Position numbers and translations under genes: made by a program. The notes beneath the pieces are model-generated. The model saw nothing but the letters and a program-made list of their open reading frames with translations. It was not told where the DNA came from and did no database searches. A stretch of 63,740 nucleotides of DNA, filler included, from Choristocarpus tenellus KU-1152 (Eukaryota; Protista; Phaeophyceae): assembly GCA_964200185.2 (NCBI GenBank). It is 10 parts of 10 records of this genome, joined end to end, with 100 filler letters (N's around TTAATTAATTAA, not from the genome) between each part and the next. Parts side by side here need not be neighbours in the genome. Positions count along the whole stretch, not along the records: positions 51,319 to 63,740 come from CAXNAD020001845.1; 9 more parts are not named here. One strand, 5' to 3'. Shown one piece after another: positions 51,485 to 63,740 of this stretch (the first letter of the stretch is position 1; every line of letters starts with the position of its first letter).

Positions 51485-52614
51485 CTTTTTGTTTAGGGCA
51501 ATCATCATCTTGGTCTTCCCATCCAGTCGCTCCTGGTTTTCCAATGCAGCTTTCTGATGTCCCGTATATGCGTCAGGCCCCGGATGTGAATAAGTTACAA
51601 TCAGGACAAATTTAAAGGTTTGTATCAATGCAGCAATAAGAACATATACAAGAAGCATTGGGTAGGTTGTATTGGGAAACCAATGCAGGTAAGAATGGGA
51701 CATCTCTAGACGATTGAGTACCCAGAGAGAGGCAGAATGAACTGTAACAGTGGGGGCTTCATGGCAGTGAGGAATGTATCACTCAAGTCATTCTTGAACC
51801 AATATGATGTAAATCCATCTCAACAACAATAGCTACATTACAATTCCTCGATGTGAGCAACATGTACTAAGGTAGCAATTGCTGACGCAACTGTTAGGCA
51901 GGCATAAGAACCCTGTGGGCCTCTTCCAAAGATATTTTTTCTGTGCAAAGCATACTTCAAATTAGAAAAAACTGTTGTCTGATTTATTGACACAATTTTT
52001 ATGATTATTGACAAAAATTTGCATGATTAGTACAACTATTTCAATGATAATAAAAATATAAATACTTAGCTTTAAAAAGTATTGTTGGGATCTGGTGATG
52101 TTAATTTGATCAGTGCCAGAAATTTCACCTAGCTTGATATCCATAACTACCAAAGAGGTCCTAGTCTCAAAATGAGTTCTAACAACACTGATACACCCTT
52201 GGACAAAACACTCCTTGTACACGAATGCAATGATGTGCAATTAGTGTCATTGTACATAAGTTTGATATTTCCAAATTAACAAGCATGGTAAATGCTATTA
52301 TACCTCATCCAGAGGCAAAAAATATATCTCCAGTAAACCTGACTGAAACAAGTGATCAACCTGTTGTAATTGAAATATTGGTGGTACGACTGGAGTTTAC
52401 TCATTGCATAGACACTAAAATGAAACCCTTCAAGGACAAAAGTAGACTTCAATCATACTGGATCGTCTGGAGCAATACAATAATGCATACCCTGTTTAAA
52501 GTGTACCTATATATTTCTACCAAACCTCAATGCTTGTCTTTTGAGATCACCTCTACATGGTATGCAAAAAACATATGCATGGAGCTTGTTGTTCATCTGA
52601 ACTCTAAGTTACCA

Positions 52615-52654
<40 letters not shown>

Positions 52655-55600
52655 ACACTCACACTCACACTCACACACACCTCCCTCTGTCTCTCCCCCT
52701 CACCCACATACCTTCTTCTTGGCATTGAGCTTCACTTTGATATCTGCTTGCATCATCCGCCACTCCTCTTCTACCTGTGTGGGAAGATAAACACCAGTAT
52801 ATAATCAGTATTCTAGAAAATATGTGTGGGAATAAAAAAAATGAAAAAAAACAGGGAAAGATCTAGGATCAAGCCTCGGCAGATCATTTACGGACTCCTT
52901 CATTCAGGGGTTGAAGGGCAGATAATGAATCTCAGTTAGCTTTTTTCTTGTACTTTTAAGAAGATAGAAATTAGACCGGACACTATGGAATAGACACTAC
53001 CACAAGGTTGTAATTAGTAGATTATCCACTATCTTTTTTTTTTCTTCATGGGAAGGTACGGTGATAAGCTTCCAAAGGACATGGTCTATTCCTGTCATCG
53101 ATCACCTGCATGTTTAGTTCATCCATCTCACTCTTGAATTTTGACTTGCACTCAGTGATTGCCCCCTCCAGTTCCGACAGCTTTCCTTACCCATCCACCC
53201 ATCCATCCACCCATCCACCCATTCCCAAAATGCATTTTATTATACCCCACCCCCAAGAAACCCGGAAGATATTGAGGAAGGATGAATCCACCATGGCATG
53301 TAGAGGAACAACAAGGTCCGAGTGAAGAAAAAGAAAGATGGCATAGGATCACAGAGATCAGATAATGTGCAGGGAAGTGTGTGTGGGGGGGGGGGGGGGG
53401 GGGGGGGGTAAAAAAATATTTTTTTTTTATTTTTTTAATTTTTTTTTTTTTTTTTNNNNNNNNNNGGGGGGGGGGGGGGGGGCAGGTATCACAGTTACAT
53501 TTTTCACACTTTATATATATATATTATTGTTTGGTCGTGTGCATTTACATTTTGTTTTTTTGGTACATTAGTTTATCAATACGAATGAAACAAATGCATT
53601 AGCTACCGACAGCATCTTACTTTTTTTTCCACCTTGATCTTTTTTCCCTTTTTTTGTCAAAGTTAAGTGTGGGTTTGGGTAACTCTATGTACATGCATCC
53701 ATCAAATATAGGGAAGACTCTGAGGGCAGGGAGTGTAACATGTGCATTGAATGGATGTGTTTTGTGTGCACCTTTTGCCTGTGATGACTTGAATTGTCTT
53801 GAAAGTTCCTGAGTATGGCCAGCTCCTCCTCCAACTTTTTCAGTGTTTCATTCAGGCGTGTCTAAGGAGGTGGATAACATTGGGCAGGACAGCAAAAGGG
53901 AGAGCTCAAGCAGGTAAAGAAAATTAGGTAGGGGGGAGATGATGAGCATGGGAGAAGGCTTTGCACAAATTGTTGGGTGAACCAGTAATCATGGCAAGAT
54001 ATGCACTAAAACGTCTATGAATTGGTCATTGCAATAAAGTTTAAATTCAGTATACTGTGGTGTTTGATGATACACCTAAGATTGACATTTTTGTATCATG
54101 TCACAGGTACAGGCTCTCACAAAAAACCCTTCGCTCAAGGCTTTGAAACTCAAAAGGGAGTAAGTCCCCCTCATTCTTGGAGGTTTTTACTGTCAGCATT
54201 TCCTAGAATCAATTTGTGTTCATGCAGCTGCTGCTAAAATCCTCCGCCCTAAGCATTTTCTAGGGTAGGACAAGACCCCCCCAGTTGATTCCCTTATACA
54301 TAAATCACAGAACATTTTATGTCTACCATTGGAGTTCAAACTCCACTTTAATTTTTTGTTCAATTGTGACAGAATATTATATTCATCCACATAATGCAAA
54401 GCAGTTGGTTTACTTGGGGAGGTGAAGAATTATCAAGCATCAAATCGTAAATATGAATCCACACCAATTCAGTAAGTTCAGTTGGTTGAAGATGCTAGCT
54501 AGAGAATATTTGAGGCATGTAGTCTGTGTTAACTAGAGTTGCAGGCTTGTGCACTTTGCAACTGTCGAAACAGGTTGATGATGACACCATCAACTAGAAA
54601 AAAATCCCACCTTATCTCTCCAAAGAAAGAATTTTCTTTTTGGGTACAACAAAGTCCAATGCTATACAAGAGGAACTGTACAACCTAGGGGCTCCCAGTC
54701 ACCCCATACCTACACTTACTCTTCTTGTTTTTCGCAAAAGTGGTTCTCATCTCTCTCTCTATATATATGTTTTTGCGCGTGGGCTGGTCCCCAAAAAAAC
54801 ATTGGGACATTGGATCATTGGGATTTTACCTTCCCCTGACTCATTCATTGTAGTAGAATAGTTATATGGACAGCCACACTTCTGGCCAAGATGATTTCTG
54901 GTCAAAAGCAAGTATTTTTGTAGTTAATCTTTGTATCTGTATTGTTACATAGTCAAAACCAATGTATGGTGTTGTATCCATCACTATTGGGGATTGAGCA
55001 CACCCCAGTTTCACCTTTTCCGCCTCCAGTCCGCTTTCAAGCTCTTTAACTCTAACCTCGAGAGCACACTCCTGCTCCTCCCTCTCATCATGCGCTCTGG
55101 AAACCTGAAATTATCCATTTGTGCATGGATACTTACTCAATATAAACTTCAAAATATGTCGGAGTAGTTGTATCGACCCCTAGCCATATATACATGGTAC
55201 GAAGTTTGAGTTTGTAGCCGTGTAACTGTGGATTTTTTGCTCCTCTAAAGGCTGTGTCGGAATGAGGATTGTTGCTATGATCACTCCGAGGATAAATACA
55301 CAATAGTAGAGTTCTAGTGCTGAAAGTCACAAAACCTTCAAATGAACACACCCTTTCCCACAAGTAACATTAATGAAGCTCAGTGTGTTTCAGTTCATCA
55401 TGACATCAAATCAATCAAATTTGGCTACATGTGTTTCATCTATCATTAGATACACTTGATCAAGTAGGCTCATTTCATAAGGTTATGAGAAGAGCATCCT
55501 TTCTTGAGAGAAACCATCCAGCTGGAACATAGACTTTGAATTTTTGGGTAACCTTAATATTGCAGTGACCTATGAAGAAGAGAAGAATATGGAATATATT

Positions 55601-56447
55601 CCACATCTACAGGAAATGCTCAATAAGCAGGCATACCTTGGCCTCCAGATCGGCAATGGTAATGTAGTTATCATCAAGCCTCTTGCGTAAATAGGAATAT
55701 ATTTCGCCTTGCTGCACTGTTTGATTCTCGATTCGTGCCGCAATAGCATCTCGGTCAGCAAGGATTTTCTCACCAGCAGTAGATGCAAGATCGATCTGCC
55801 CACAGCAGAGGAAGAAGCAAATAATATGGGCTTGCTACATGTCAATATTTTACGCGGTCACAAGCCAATCAAACCATTGTTCAAGGTATTTCAAGTCTCA
55901 ATGTCCAGTATGAGGCGATCTTCTAGTACGAAGAAACTGTGAGAAACAAGCTTGTGCCGAGAATATCGAATATCGATAGTGGGAGCAGCATGAAGTTCAC
56001 CCCAGAGGGGGACGGGGCAAGCACCGATCTAGTGTCCAAAAGAGTATGTGGAGTTAGGAAGTTAGCACTAACTGGCAATAGAAACCAGGGATAATACTCT
56101 CAATGGGGCGCGAGGCGTCCAGATTGATGAAGGGGCAATTGCTGTAAGGGCATAATGACATAGCCAGATGTTTCTTGTCAAGATGCCAACTACGGCATCC
56201 AGAGGCTCCTAAAGCAGTCGTATACACCATATTATAATACCTCCGTATGGTCTTATGAATTAGAGATCATCGTAGCTCCTTCACAATCCTGCTTTCATAT
56301 GATGAGTATTACCTGACTGTGGAGCATGACCCTTTGAACCATAGCATATGCTGCATTCTTCTTACGCCTGAACTCTTCCAGGTACTCTGGCGAATCCTTG
56401 TCCACCTCCGAGACATTTGCTTTTGCCTTTCCACCCTTTTTGGACAT
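51485..56447 (-). CDS. CFAP157-like flagellar coiled-coil protein, 3'-partial. Exons 56313-56447, 55637-55795, 55015-55104, 53772-53861, 53106-53180, 52712-52774, 51485-51553
   Basis: Seven phase-0 exons give MSKKGGKAK...EIYSYLRKRLDDNYITIADLE...LAILRNFQ...LDGKTKMMIALN, colinear with remembered CFAP157 EIVAFLKRTL..EITDL, LAALEEFR and ETTKRAIKEN. Confidence 0.75.
52616..52680. repeat. (CA)n microsatellite
   Basis: Direct reading. Confidence 0.95.
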
Positions 56448-56802
56448 CGTCTTAGTCTCAGCTTCAACACAACCACAATCGAGTCAGCAATACCATGTAA
56501 ACAGACATGCCGATATCAGTTGGGACTGGGAGGTGATGTCTATATAGCGATTTGGACATTGGGTACACAAGAAATTATCTAGTGGTGACAACGCAGAGAA
56601 AGGATGCAAAGATCACCTGGTCACTAAGAACTATTGTTCTTCCATCATGATCTGAAGAAGTCTCGACTAATTCAGCACGCATCTGAGTCCTTCAATCAAA
56701 AACTGTTCAGGTCGGTTTCAGAATTATCAGTTACATTTCCGTCCATTTACGTCACACACAAGTACATCAAGTACATTTAATGGTTGCCAAACACAGGGCA
56801 AA
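56448..56802. promoter_or_regulatory. Putative bidirectional promoter and 5'UTRs (355 bp between divergent ATGs)
   Basis: Geometry only. Confidence 0.5.
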
Positions 56803-59800
56803 ATGCTCTTCTTTGATCGCCTATGTTATCAGAAAATGTGCCGTATAGTAATGCTCGCACATCTTCTCGAACTCTTCCTATGTATCTGCCTGCCGAGGTT
56901 TGTACATGCTTCATCGACGTCACATTCCAAATCGGCCAACTCTCACATGCTGGAGACCTTCGAGGTAGTGCAGGATTTCGAACTCCTACCAAATGTTGAC
57001 GGGGCTACTGGAAACAATACATTCAAAGATAATGGACATTATCCCTTCGGACAAACCGTTCAGGTTTGTGTGCTAGCGTTTTTGCAATGTGAACCACTCC
57101 AAGCATCTTGTTTCACAAACTAGAAATACCAATGTGCTAATTCATCAAACAGTATCCTTTGGAAATATAGGCGATGTTCGTTTGTAGATATTGTGGTATT
57201 CTAGGCGCTTGCTCAAAAATAACTCTCAACGTTCAGCTGGGAAAATCGAGGAGGTTATGTATGAGTTTTCGATTTTGTTTGTGTTTGTTTTTGTGTTTGT
57301 GTTCGTGTGTATATGTATGAAGATGTTAATACTCTAGAGTGAAATTGCAGTTAGAACTATTTGCAAGTATTTCATAAGTATACAATCCACCCCTTCCTGA
57401 TGCTCTCTTTTCGCGTGTTCACTCACACTCATTCCTGACCGATAATTGCAGCTCCGATTCACTGCCTTCAGCGAGAGGTTCGATATACTTTTGTCCATAG
57501 TCAACACACTCGTCTCAAAAACGGCACGGCTTCGCGCCTCCGGCACTGGTGGTAAAATGGTGGTGGACAGACCACCTCGCATACAAGCCTACTCAGGTCG
57601 CCTACCTCATGGTGGCTGGGTTAGTGCTGTCTTGCACAAAGAAGGGTCTGCCGATGTACACTTTTCCCACAAGGTAAAAGTGTGACGGCAAATATTGCAC
57701 CAGTGTGCCATCCTGGAATAAACAACACTGACGATGACCAACCCTAAACCCAGTCAGTTGAACACAAGCAAACCCACATTCCTTTTTATCCATCAAATGA
57801 ACCCGTCCTATTTGGTGGATCTACTTCCCACACATCTCCCTGCTCTCTTTTCTTCAATTGGAATATTCTCAGGGTGAGATCTACTCTCTCAGACAAGGTG
57901 CGAATAAGCTGAGGACCGAAACAGGGAAACCTATTATCATTAATCACCGTGGGCTTGCAGGAAGTCAGGGGACTACACTTAGCCGTGCCAATGGTTTAAT
58001 GACAGGAGGCATGTCCAAAGTTGAAACTCATCACAGTGGCCAACAGTCACTCGTTGGTTCAACAATTATAACACCAATCTTAGGGAAGGGGTTGGAGGAT
58101 GCTGGACAGAGGGGAGAATCTGAAGACATTGACATCTTCAAGGGCTGGGAAGGAGGCCGCTCGCTGGGAGCAGAGGATAATGGGGCTGGAGGGACAGCAT
58201 ATAATTTCCTCATGCCTGAGAATGTTAGGAATGGAATTGGTGGAACCTGGGATGGTGGTCCCTTTGGATTGATAGAAGGCTGCCCATCATCTAGGAGGGT
58301 CCTTCAAATAGGGGTGGCTGCAGATGCAGGCTTTGTAAAGGTGAGAATTAGCACCATGTGCCTATAAAAAACTTCATAATGAGGGGTCAACTGTGTTGTG
58401 GTGTCTTTGTCATTCTTTAATTGGAAGTACAGTCTGCTCTGAATTTCTGCGTAGCGTGTACTCAAGCAATGTACACAACTGTAATCACTGAATTCCTCTT
58501 GCGTCATACTGCCATTTTTGGGACAAGCACACCCTACCACAAAGCAAATTATTGGCATTGGAGGGGGGCGTTGCATTAGACCAAGTGAGCTGAATGTGCA
58601 TCAGAGTCACAATCCAGTGAAGGGGCAGTTGGTAGTGGAGTGTTCTGAAAGGTGATAGATGAATGGTACCTTCTTGCAAACCTCTTTTATCCCTGGGGTG
58701 CCTCAACCTAAGGTACTGCTTTGATCTCCAAAAGGGAAGAGTGAAGTACGCCATTTCTCCTTGTTTCCTAAACATTATTCATGCATTTTTGCTGTAGTAT
58801 TAGATGGCGTACTTTTGTACATTGAATTGACAGTGTTGACCTCCATTTGTTTTCCTCACTACATTTCTTCTACTGATGCTTTCCTTTCACGCTCATACTC
58901 AATTTAGTACAGTATCACAAAATTTAGTGCAGGCAAGATTGATTGTAACACCCCAACACAATATGAATATTGACCAGCAACAGGCATATTCAATAAAATT
59001 TAATGATCAAACCTCCGTGTTAGGCTGTTACGGGTTATGGAATGGATCCAGCGGGCAATGAGTATGGTCAGCCAGGGATAACTGAGGAGCAAGCAATAGA
59101 GGCAGTGGAGAGGGAGATTCAAGGAATTGTCAGTCTTGTTAATGTACTTTTTACTGACCAGGTGCAGTACATGGGATTAAGGAGTTGTAGAGCGAATGGA
59201 ACTAGGAATTCCGTCAAATGGCCAAGGGGTGGGGGAGCCAGCATAATTCAGGAGTATCATATCGAGATTTTCTACTGTGTATGTTGGTGAACTTCATAGA
59301 AGAGCCTGTTGTTGTGAAAATCATAAGTGTGATTTGCAAGGGGGTGTTCCAAAGAAGGTGCAACATATATTGCCAACATGATGCTACTGTCTCCTGCCAA
59401 TTATTGCCTTTGAACAGATTACGTTTACATCAATTCAATTTCGAGTTAGTAAGCTTTATAGCTTCCTGAAGAATATTAGCATATTTCCACTATCTGATCA
59501 GCGAATGAAACTGGTCTTAGTGGAGCTATGACTACGCTAAGAGTAGTCTGGCCTTATCAATAAATTCAAAATCTAACTTTCTATCCTCGTCCATGACCTT
59601 GCCAAGTATACTTAGTATAGCTACTGAGTGAAAGTATCTTAGGGTTAGGGTACGATTATTGCCCTGTTTGTCCGTTTGGAGCTTGGCTTCCAACGTTTAA
59701 AAAAAAAGACATTTTCCAACTCTGAAATGTTTTGGAGTAGATAAATGTTTATGTCATGAATAGGTGTGTATGGAACATGGATATTGACACTTCCTAACAG

Positions 59801-62800
59801 ATACAACAGCCAAAATTTCATCAAAATCTTAACATTGGTTTTTCCCCAAATGGACGTGACTCAACCCTCTAAAACACTTTGACTCCCTGTATATGGTGAG
59901 GACAAGTTCTCCATAGATTGACATACGAATTTTTCCATAGAGTAGGCATATGACCTCCTCTCCTGTGAGTAAGAAACTATAATACTTCAGGTCAGGATCT
60001 ACCTCCTCTTTTTTCTTTAGCCGAGTTTTTTTGCTGTGAACATATACTCTTAGAAGATAATATTCCATAGTGAGTGATAGGAAGAATGTGTGCACATGTA
60101 GCGCAGAATCTTGTAGATATACTGAGTCGATCTACACACCAATAGTTTTCATTCTTACCACCAGTACCTGGTTGCAAGAGACCCCTGAGAGCGCAATAAA
60201 GGGACATTAAACGTTGTTTCCTTGTCTCTCTACTCAAACATGCACTGCCAACATTGCCTGATCACAGTTGCTACCACCAACACCACTACCACCATCACCA
60301 CCGTCACCACCACCAGACTAACATTTTCTTGCAGCTCAAGGCCATAGAAATTAGAACTGAAGTAGCAACAGAAGGTGTGGACGATCTAGAGGCATCTTGG
60401 AATCAGGAGCCACTGGACCACACCAAGCACCATGGCACTGGGAGGATCGAATATGGCTGTCCCGTGTCTAGGGCTGGTGACAACGAACCTCAGGTTAGGG
60501 TGTGATGAAGGATCTCTAACAACCTACAATCTACTGAGCCCAGCTGGCAAATTAAATACCCATGGCCAACAAACCACCAGGCCATTTTTTTCCTGTCCAG
60601 AAAGCACTGTGCTGTCTAGGGTTGGATTTTTGATATTGAATCAGGCAAACTTGTTATGTGTGCTCAGAGAGCGGTACTCTGAGAATCATGAACATCACTG
60701 TGTCAACGCCCCAGTGATCTGAGCCAAAGTATCTTAGAGAGTAGAGCCGCGTCCATTTGGGGGCCAAAATCAAATGTTGCGATTTTGATGTTATTTTTTG
60801 CTATCGTGTTTAATAGGAAGTGTCAATATCCTTGTTGCGGACACACCTTTTCATAATGTACATTTTGTCTACTCCGAAATATGTTTGGAGGAGGAAAATG
60901 TCATAAAAAAAACGAGGGAAGCTAAGCTCCAAATGGACAAACAGGGCAAAACTCGTACCCTCTAAGATACTTTCACTCATTTAACATATCTGAAACCTGA
61001 GCACAAATTGAAGATATATATATATATATATATGTATTATTCATGGTAACCGAGTTAAGCCCTCATACACATCAACGTACGGGTGCCTTAACTTCAGCAA
61101 TGTTGCCTGATATGTCACCTTTTGCATGCACCTCGCAGCAAAACGGATTTAACAGGCACTACAAGGAAACCTCAATATACTTACTGCCCCAAACAATTAT
61201 CTAACAATTTCTATTCTATCCCTTTCCTTCCTGTCAGATTGCTTCAATACGATATCTCTCAATCACTAATAGTGCAGAAGGTCAGGCCTCACCCATATAA
61301 ACTCTTCATGTCTAATGCCTTAAGAAAGCACCACAACTAACGATAAAGTAATCCATGGACGACCATAGTTCTCTTCACAATCAATCTCCCTCCCTCTCTC
61401 TGTTCTCTCATCACACGATCATCTCAACTCAGCTCTACTCATCGTCACCTGACCACTATGCAACCCTTATGGGGTTTGCTAAGTGGAGAAATGCACTACC
61501 AGCTGAAGACCGATTTGGACTATGGCACCTCTTGACTGCCTGTTACAGTGAAGGTGTCCAGGGCATGAGCTATATAGGGGTGAGAACATTTCGCATTGAA
61601 GGAGGGAGGTACAGGTAATCCTAGGCAAACCTCTCATATTTTACAAGTACCTTCCCCCTCGATGTGTGCATCTGTCAACTTCTTACTCGAGTAAGACATA
61701 TTTTATGCCTAGTGCTGTGATATTATTGGAAGGGTAACAGTCTCAGGACAAATGGACTCACCATGAAATGATTAATTATCTCTGGTGGCCACGATATTTT
61801 GAAAAACGACTATGTGGAGTACAAATATGCATGTGCTCCACCAAGGCAATAGGTGATATGAGTAGACAAAATATTCCACTCAAAAATAGAGTCTGGACAG
61901 CTAAGGGTTGTCTTGAGTTCGAATATTGTAGCAGTACGATTCACTGACACATGATCAAGGAAAGCAACAAGAGTCTGTAACATCATAGACCACAGTGATT
62001 AAAATGATGCCCCTGCACAAAGAATCTCGTTTTTTTATTTATTGGTGCTGAAGGTTGATTGCTAAAGCTGGTGTGAGCCTTGGAACAATTTGCAGCCAGA
62101 TAATTGTCAATCCATTACCACTCCTAATTCTCTTATCGCTTGCGTTTGTAATTTTTCGTTTATGCCTCTTGTCCTCTCTACAATGCCCCTGACCTTGCAG
62201 GTTGCCTGCTCGGATGCCAAGGGGGTGGGTTGGACAAGCCTCCTCCCATTTGGCACATGGGAGGTGATGGCTCATGAGGTGGCTCATGCACTTGGCGGAC
62301 AAGACTTTATGGATGGCACTAGGTGAAATTTATAGGACAAGACTACAGTCACAATATTGAGGATGGTGTCAGGAGTAATGTCAGGAGGAATGTATACTTA
62401 GTTAAATTGAGCTTTAAGAGCACCGACAAAGTACAGATGCAGTACAATGATCACACGACAGCTTTCTTAAGGAACAGCAGAAACATGCAATGCCTCTACA
62501 ATAGCAAAGTCACTAAAAGTTGACTTTGTTCTTAGGCAATCAAGAGACATCTTCTAAAAATAATTATTGAAATCTTTGTTGGCGTGGGTTACTTATCTCA
62601 GACTGGGTGTGCGACCAAACAAAGTAACAAAACCAGCAGGCAAGGTTTTGGTAGAGATGTTAATCAAATGTTCAATTTGCGGTCGAATATCACTAGCTCC
62701 TAACTGGAAGCGCTGTGTCCAGATTATGTAAGGACTCCAGAGCAAACGAATATCACTCGTTTCATTTTGAACAACCAAAAATGAGCCCGAATCCTTTTTG

Positions 62801-63700
62801 GGTATAAATTCACCTTCACTGCCTGCCACAGGTCAGCACAATACAATAATCTTCAATCCAACAACATCCAACCTCTCCGCTGACAATATAAACCGCCTGC
62901 TGCAATTCTTCCTGCCCTTCACAAGGGATGTGATGCGTATGGCCGGTCGATGGAATGGATTCCTCTTCGAGCGAGGAGATTCACGGGAGCAAATCTGCAA
63001 CCACATTGCCTCCAATGAGGACTGCTTCCAGGTACGTCAACAGCCCTTGTTGTTCAATTCCAAAAACATCATTGTACTGTGAAGTATACACTCCTGAAGG
63101 TACAAGGAATACATAATAAAAAGCCTGCCCGTAGTCATGTCGGGTATAAATACAGAATACACAAAGGATTCAAGAGCACAGCAAAATTTTCATTCAAGAG
63201 CACAGCAAAATTTTCATTGACTTTGACTTCGAGATGAAATACCATTTGACGATATCATCTCTCAAGTAAGTCATAATGTAGCTATGGTGGGCTAGTGCTA
63301 TATACTGCATGTAGTTGAATGATTCGGAGTAATTTTCAGAAGCTTTCTGGTGATAAAATACTTTATAGGGAGCCTCACCGGCGCTCCACTCTCACCATAC
63401 ATACACATACATACATACATACATACATACATACACACATACATACATACATACACAAATATACACAACAAATTTTCCTCTATTACCACTACTAAACTAG
63501 TTGACTATCATCCATTGCTACTCCCATGCCTCCATCTTCTGCTTTCCTACAAAAAACATTTATTTTAATCTTCCTCTCAACCCTAACTGTAAGGATTATG
63601 AATCAGCATGTGGCAACAGAGTAATAGAGCCAGGGGAGGAGTGCGATGATGAAAGCCCATGCTGCAACCCAGATACATGCACCCTTGTTCCCAACGCCAG
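56803..63700 (+). CDS. Secreted ADAM-like metalloprotease (signal peptide, prodomain, M12B/reprolysin, disintegrin), 3'-partial. Exons 56803-57063, 57452-57673, 57873-58340, 59024-59161, 60317-60493, 61433-61579, 62201-62322, 62926-63031, 63594-~63700
   Basis: Hydrophobic N-terminus, LRFTAFSERFDILL, LQIGVAADAGF, GLWHLLTAC, GMSYIGVAC, VMAHEVAHALGGQD, Met-turn DVM, and CGNRVIEPGEECDDESPCCNPDTC; phases consistent. Confidence 0.88.
59626..59885 (+). mobile_element. MITE family A in ADAM-like intron
   Basis: Both TIRs present; flanks ACT/CCT. Confidence 0.88.
60721..60978 (-). mobile_element. MITE family A in ADAM-like intron
   Basis: Inverted copy with both TIRs; flanks TCT/ATT, no clean TSD. 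Confidence 0.9.
63396..63456. repeat. (CATA)n microsatellite
   Basis: Direct reading. Confidence 0.95.
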
Positions 63701-63740
63701 GTGCAGTAGGCTGTGTATTATAGGGGTATTTTAGGGGTAT

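Noticed and set aside
53380-53485. Poly-G/poly-T tract around a 10-N gap
   Set aside because: Likely low-quality sequence at a scaffold gap.
55870-55940. Extra CFAP157-like exon containing LEDRL
   Set aside because: All three frames hit stops before a donor, and exon 1 splices in phase directly to 55795.
62832-62925. Upstream acceptor for the ADAM-like Met-turn exon
   Set aside because: Phase 2 from the previous exon gives a stop; the AAG at 62925 restores the frame.

Overview
This is eukaryotic, intron-rich genomic DNA. An ochrophyte such as a brown alga is the most likely source, inferred from an aureochrome-like domain, a flagellar gene and the TE types. The window is not contiguous. It is ten contigs joined by nine artificial 100-bp spacers (N44-TTAATTAATTAA-N44), so adjacency across spacers means nothing. 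I assembled these spliced genes by hand from GT-AG sites and reading-frame phase: a YheT/ABHD alpha/beta-hydrolase, one GSK3/shaggy kinase exon, an aureochrome-like PAS domain lacking the photoactive Cys, a possible USP40-like fragment, a PRRC2/BAT2-N protein, LSM1 with a long low-complexity N-terminus, and a CFAP157-like gene head-to-head with an ADAM-like (M12B plus disintegrin) protease whose zinc motif reads HExxHxxGxxD. The rest is decayed Copia, Gypsy, RTE-LINE and possibly IS630-Tc1-mariner sequence, three MITE families sharing end architecture (3-bp TSDs seen in two of them), a short stem-loop/(TAA)n retroposon-like repeat, minisatellites and interstitial telomere-like repeats. I found no CRISPR, rRNA or tRNA. 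Family assignments come from remembered motifs, not database searches.
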